40,207 nt of DNA. Source: Azolla caroliniana (lineage: Eukaryota; Plantae; Polypodiophyta). Numbering within the stretch: position 1 is the stretch's first letter; the number at the start of each line of letters is the position of its first letter. Below, in pieces: positions 38,464 through 40,207 of this stretch. The position numbers and the translations under genes were made by a program. The notes beneath the pieces were generated by a model, which did not search any database, was not told the DNA's origin, and saw nothing but the letters and a program-made list of their open reading frames with translations. The stretch is from contig JBHGNT010000280.1 in the NCBI GenBank assembly GCA_043228905.1, forward strand, positions 1-40,207, in the 5' to 3' direction.

Positions 38464-38745
38464 CTTTGAATGCCAAACACACGGTGCTTGCTTGAGGCCG
38501 TAGAGAGGCTTCTTAAGTTGGCATATGACGTTCGGATCAATGCTTGATTCGAAGCCGGGTGGTTGTACCATGTACACCTCCTCTTTTAATTCGCCTTGAA
38601 GAAAGGCGTTCTTGATGTCCATTTGGTCAAGGTGCCACCTTTTCGTCAGTGTGAGTGCGATCACGGTCCACACAGTCATCATCTTTGCCACCGAGGCAAA
38701 TGTCTCTTCGTAGTTGACTCCATGCGTTTGTGCGTATCCTTTTGC

Positions 38746-39409
38746 TTAATGCAGCCCGCTGCATGCTGAAAACTGGGCACATGGAGAAACACTTTTCGGA
38801 GGAGGCAATCTCCACTACTTGCTACCTGCAAAACAGATTTTCACACAATGCATTAGGAAATGGAATCTCTTTTACATTATGGTATGGCTATCCACCTAAT
38901 GTTTCTCATCTTAGAGTATTTGGTGCAATATACAAGAATTACAACCTGATGTTGTTGAAGGAGATACAACAATTAAGGATGCTTAGAGAATCGAAACAAG
39001 TACAAGACCACATGGGAAGGGATTCATGCTTGTGAAGCAGGCAATACATGCTCGGGCAAAATCACCACCTTGCTCATGATTGATATCTACTACAACAACA
39101 ACATCAACACAAGATTGGACAAAGAAAGGGAAAACTCAGTCTCTACGCGAAATCTGTGATGCTACAAATATGATAGAGAACTGCTTCATATCTATCATAG
39201 ATTCAGATGTTTCTGCATTACATTCGTATGTTACAGATGATGTTGTTGCATTTGTTCCCATACTTACACTAGAGAGGTTCTACAAAGTCCAGACAAAGAC
39301 AAATGGATGGAGGCAGTACAAGTTGAGGCTAATGCACTATACAAGAATCACACATGGTCAATTGTCCAAAAACCACCGAAGTCAAATGTGGTAAGTTGTA
39401 AGTGGTTTT
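38746..39409 (+). mobile_element. Fragment of another Copia element (integrase C-terminus to start of RT)
   Basis: ARCML...EAISTTCYLQNR...PNVSHLRVFG and WMEAVQVEANALYKNHTWSIV..P....VVSCKW, cut off by the LTR at 39410. Confidence 0.85.
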
Positions 39410-39845
39410 TGTTAACTCTTCGGGCCGGACAATGGCCTAACACAGGGTGTCTACGGGAGACACTTCACCAAAGGGTGTTACGGCAACCGGATTAGACTTC
39501 AATGCTTAATCCGACTTAATTAAGTTACTTATTATGATCGTCTTTCATAACACACGCGTAAGATATAACAATTAAGACAGAACGGCAATTAACACAGAGA
39601 GATAACAACGCTTAAGCTTTCATTAATTAACCGCTAACTATTACATTGTATCCGGGCCTTTAAATAGGTTTCCGGTCTGTATTACAAAACGGTGCCATCC
39701 GCACCTGTTCGGGATCGGTCCGGATCCGGAACGGCATACCTTTTCCGGTCCGTCCGTCCACACTCATAGCTTAATTACAACCACATTCCTACTACTTAAT
39801 TAACTCTCCGTTTCCCACTTTGGACTCCTTTGCCGACCGGTAACA
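39410..39845 (-). repeat. 3' LTR of a second Tat-like element that extends beyond the window
   Basis: Minus strand TGTTACCG...GTTAACA with TTGTAA, TATTTAAAGG and AATGAAA. It interrupts Copia RT sharply and is homologous to 4906..5233. Confidence 0.75.
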
Positions 39846-39847
39846 CA

Positions 39848-39889
39848 TGGCACGCCCGTGGGACAGTACCTTGTACGTCGAATCCACAA
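39848..39889 (-). other. tRNA-3'-half mimic in the PPT position (second copy)
   Basis: Minus strand TTGTGGATTCGA-cgtacaaggtact-GTCCCACGGGCGTGCCA, then TG, then the LTR. Confidence 0.72.
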
Positions 39890-39899
39890 CCGACCCTTG

Positions 39900-40207
39900 C
39901 TATTCTTCGTCCAAAATGTCCAGAATGCTTTGTTCGAGAGGCTCCAATGGTTCATCTAGAAGTGGTTGTTGTTGTTGTTGTTGTTGCTGCTTTGTTGCTG
40001 TCTGCTGCGGCGGGTCCGTTGGTGGTTGCTGCGGTTGCTCCTCCGTTTGTGGCTCTGACACCGGCTTCTCCGTCGTTGCTCCCTGCGTCGTAGTGGTCTT
40101 CGGTTGACTGGTTCCCGGCTGGTCCTCAGCCGGCGACGGTTCCTCATCACTAAGGTTAACCGTTGCCGCTTCCCGTGCTTTTTCTTCCCGCACCCGGGAC
40201 CGCTCGT
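39900..40207 (-). CDS. C-terminus of a retroelement extra ORF (frame open to the window edge)
   Basis: Q/P/T/E-rich tail ending LEPLEQSILDILDEE*, homologous to the ORF end at 5288. Confidence 0.65.
   Translation of the reverse strand, partial: ERSRVREEKAREAATVNLSDEEPSPAEDQPGTSQPKTTTTQGATTEKPVSEPQTEEQPQQPPTDPPQQTATKQQQQQQQQPLLDEPLEPLEQSILDILDEE

Larger units (their letters stand above)
32080..38745 (-). mobile_element. 5'-truncated Ty1/Copia element (RT, RNase H, PPT, 3' LTR) carrying two nested insertions
   Basis: RT motifs QMDIKNAFLQG and LKKPLYGLKQAP (38464-38745) resume below 34467 (FEMTNM.EL.YFLGIEV, YRQLIRSLIYL). RNase H lies at about 33430-33900. PPT GAGGGGGTG abuts the LTR at 33258. 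Confidence 0.9.

Overview
Eukaryotic land-plant genomic DNA: AT-rich, microsatellite-dense, with spliceosomal introns. A fern or other non-seed plant is my inference. Three intact genes: (1) a divergent two-exon tetraspanin (+, 9642..12254); (2) an intronless GT34 xyloglucan 6-xylosyltransferase (-, 19915..21318); (3) a two-exon, about 656-aa microbial-type HAD-like/class II terpene cyclase fusion (-, 28889..31005). The third gene has intact DxDTT and QW motifs but an apparently dead HAD phosphatase domain, a duplicated promoter, and an adjacent decayed tandem paralog whose intron holds a hAT element nested inside a copy of itself. The last 8 kb is a nest of Copia elements plus a solo LTR. The most unusual signal comes from two diverged copies of a Tat-like LTR retroelement (4906..7081 and 39410..end). 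Where the polypurine tract should be, both carry a conserved sense-strand mimic of a tRNA 3' half ending in CCA (TCA in the decayed copy), 2 nt before the 3' LTR, with a covarying inserted hairpin. This suggests tRNA-primed or tRNA-mimic-primed plus-strand synthesis. All calls are by eye from motifs; no searches were run.
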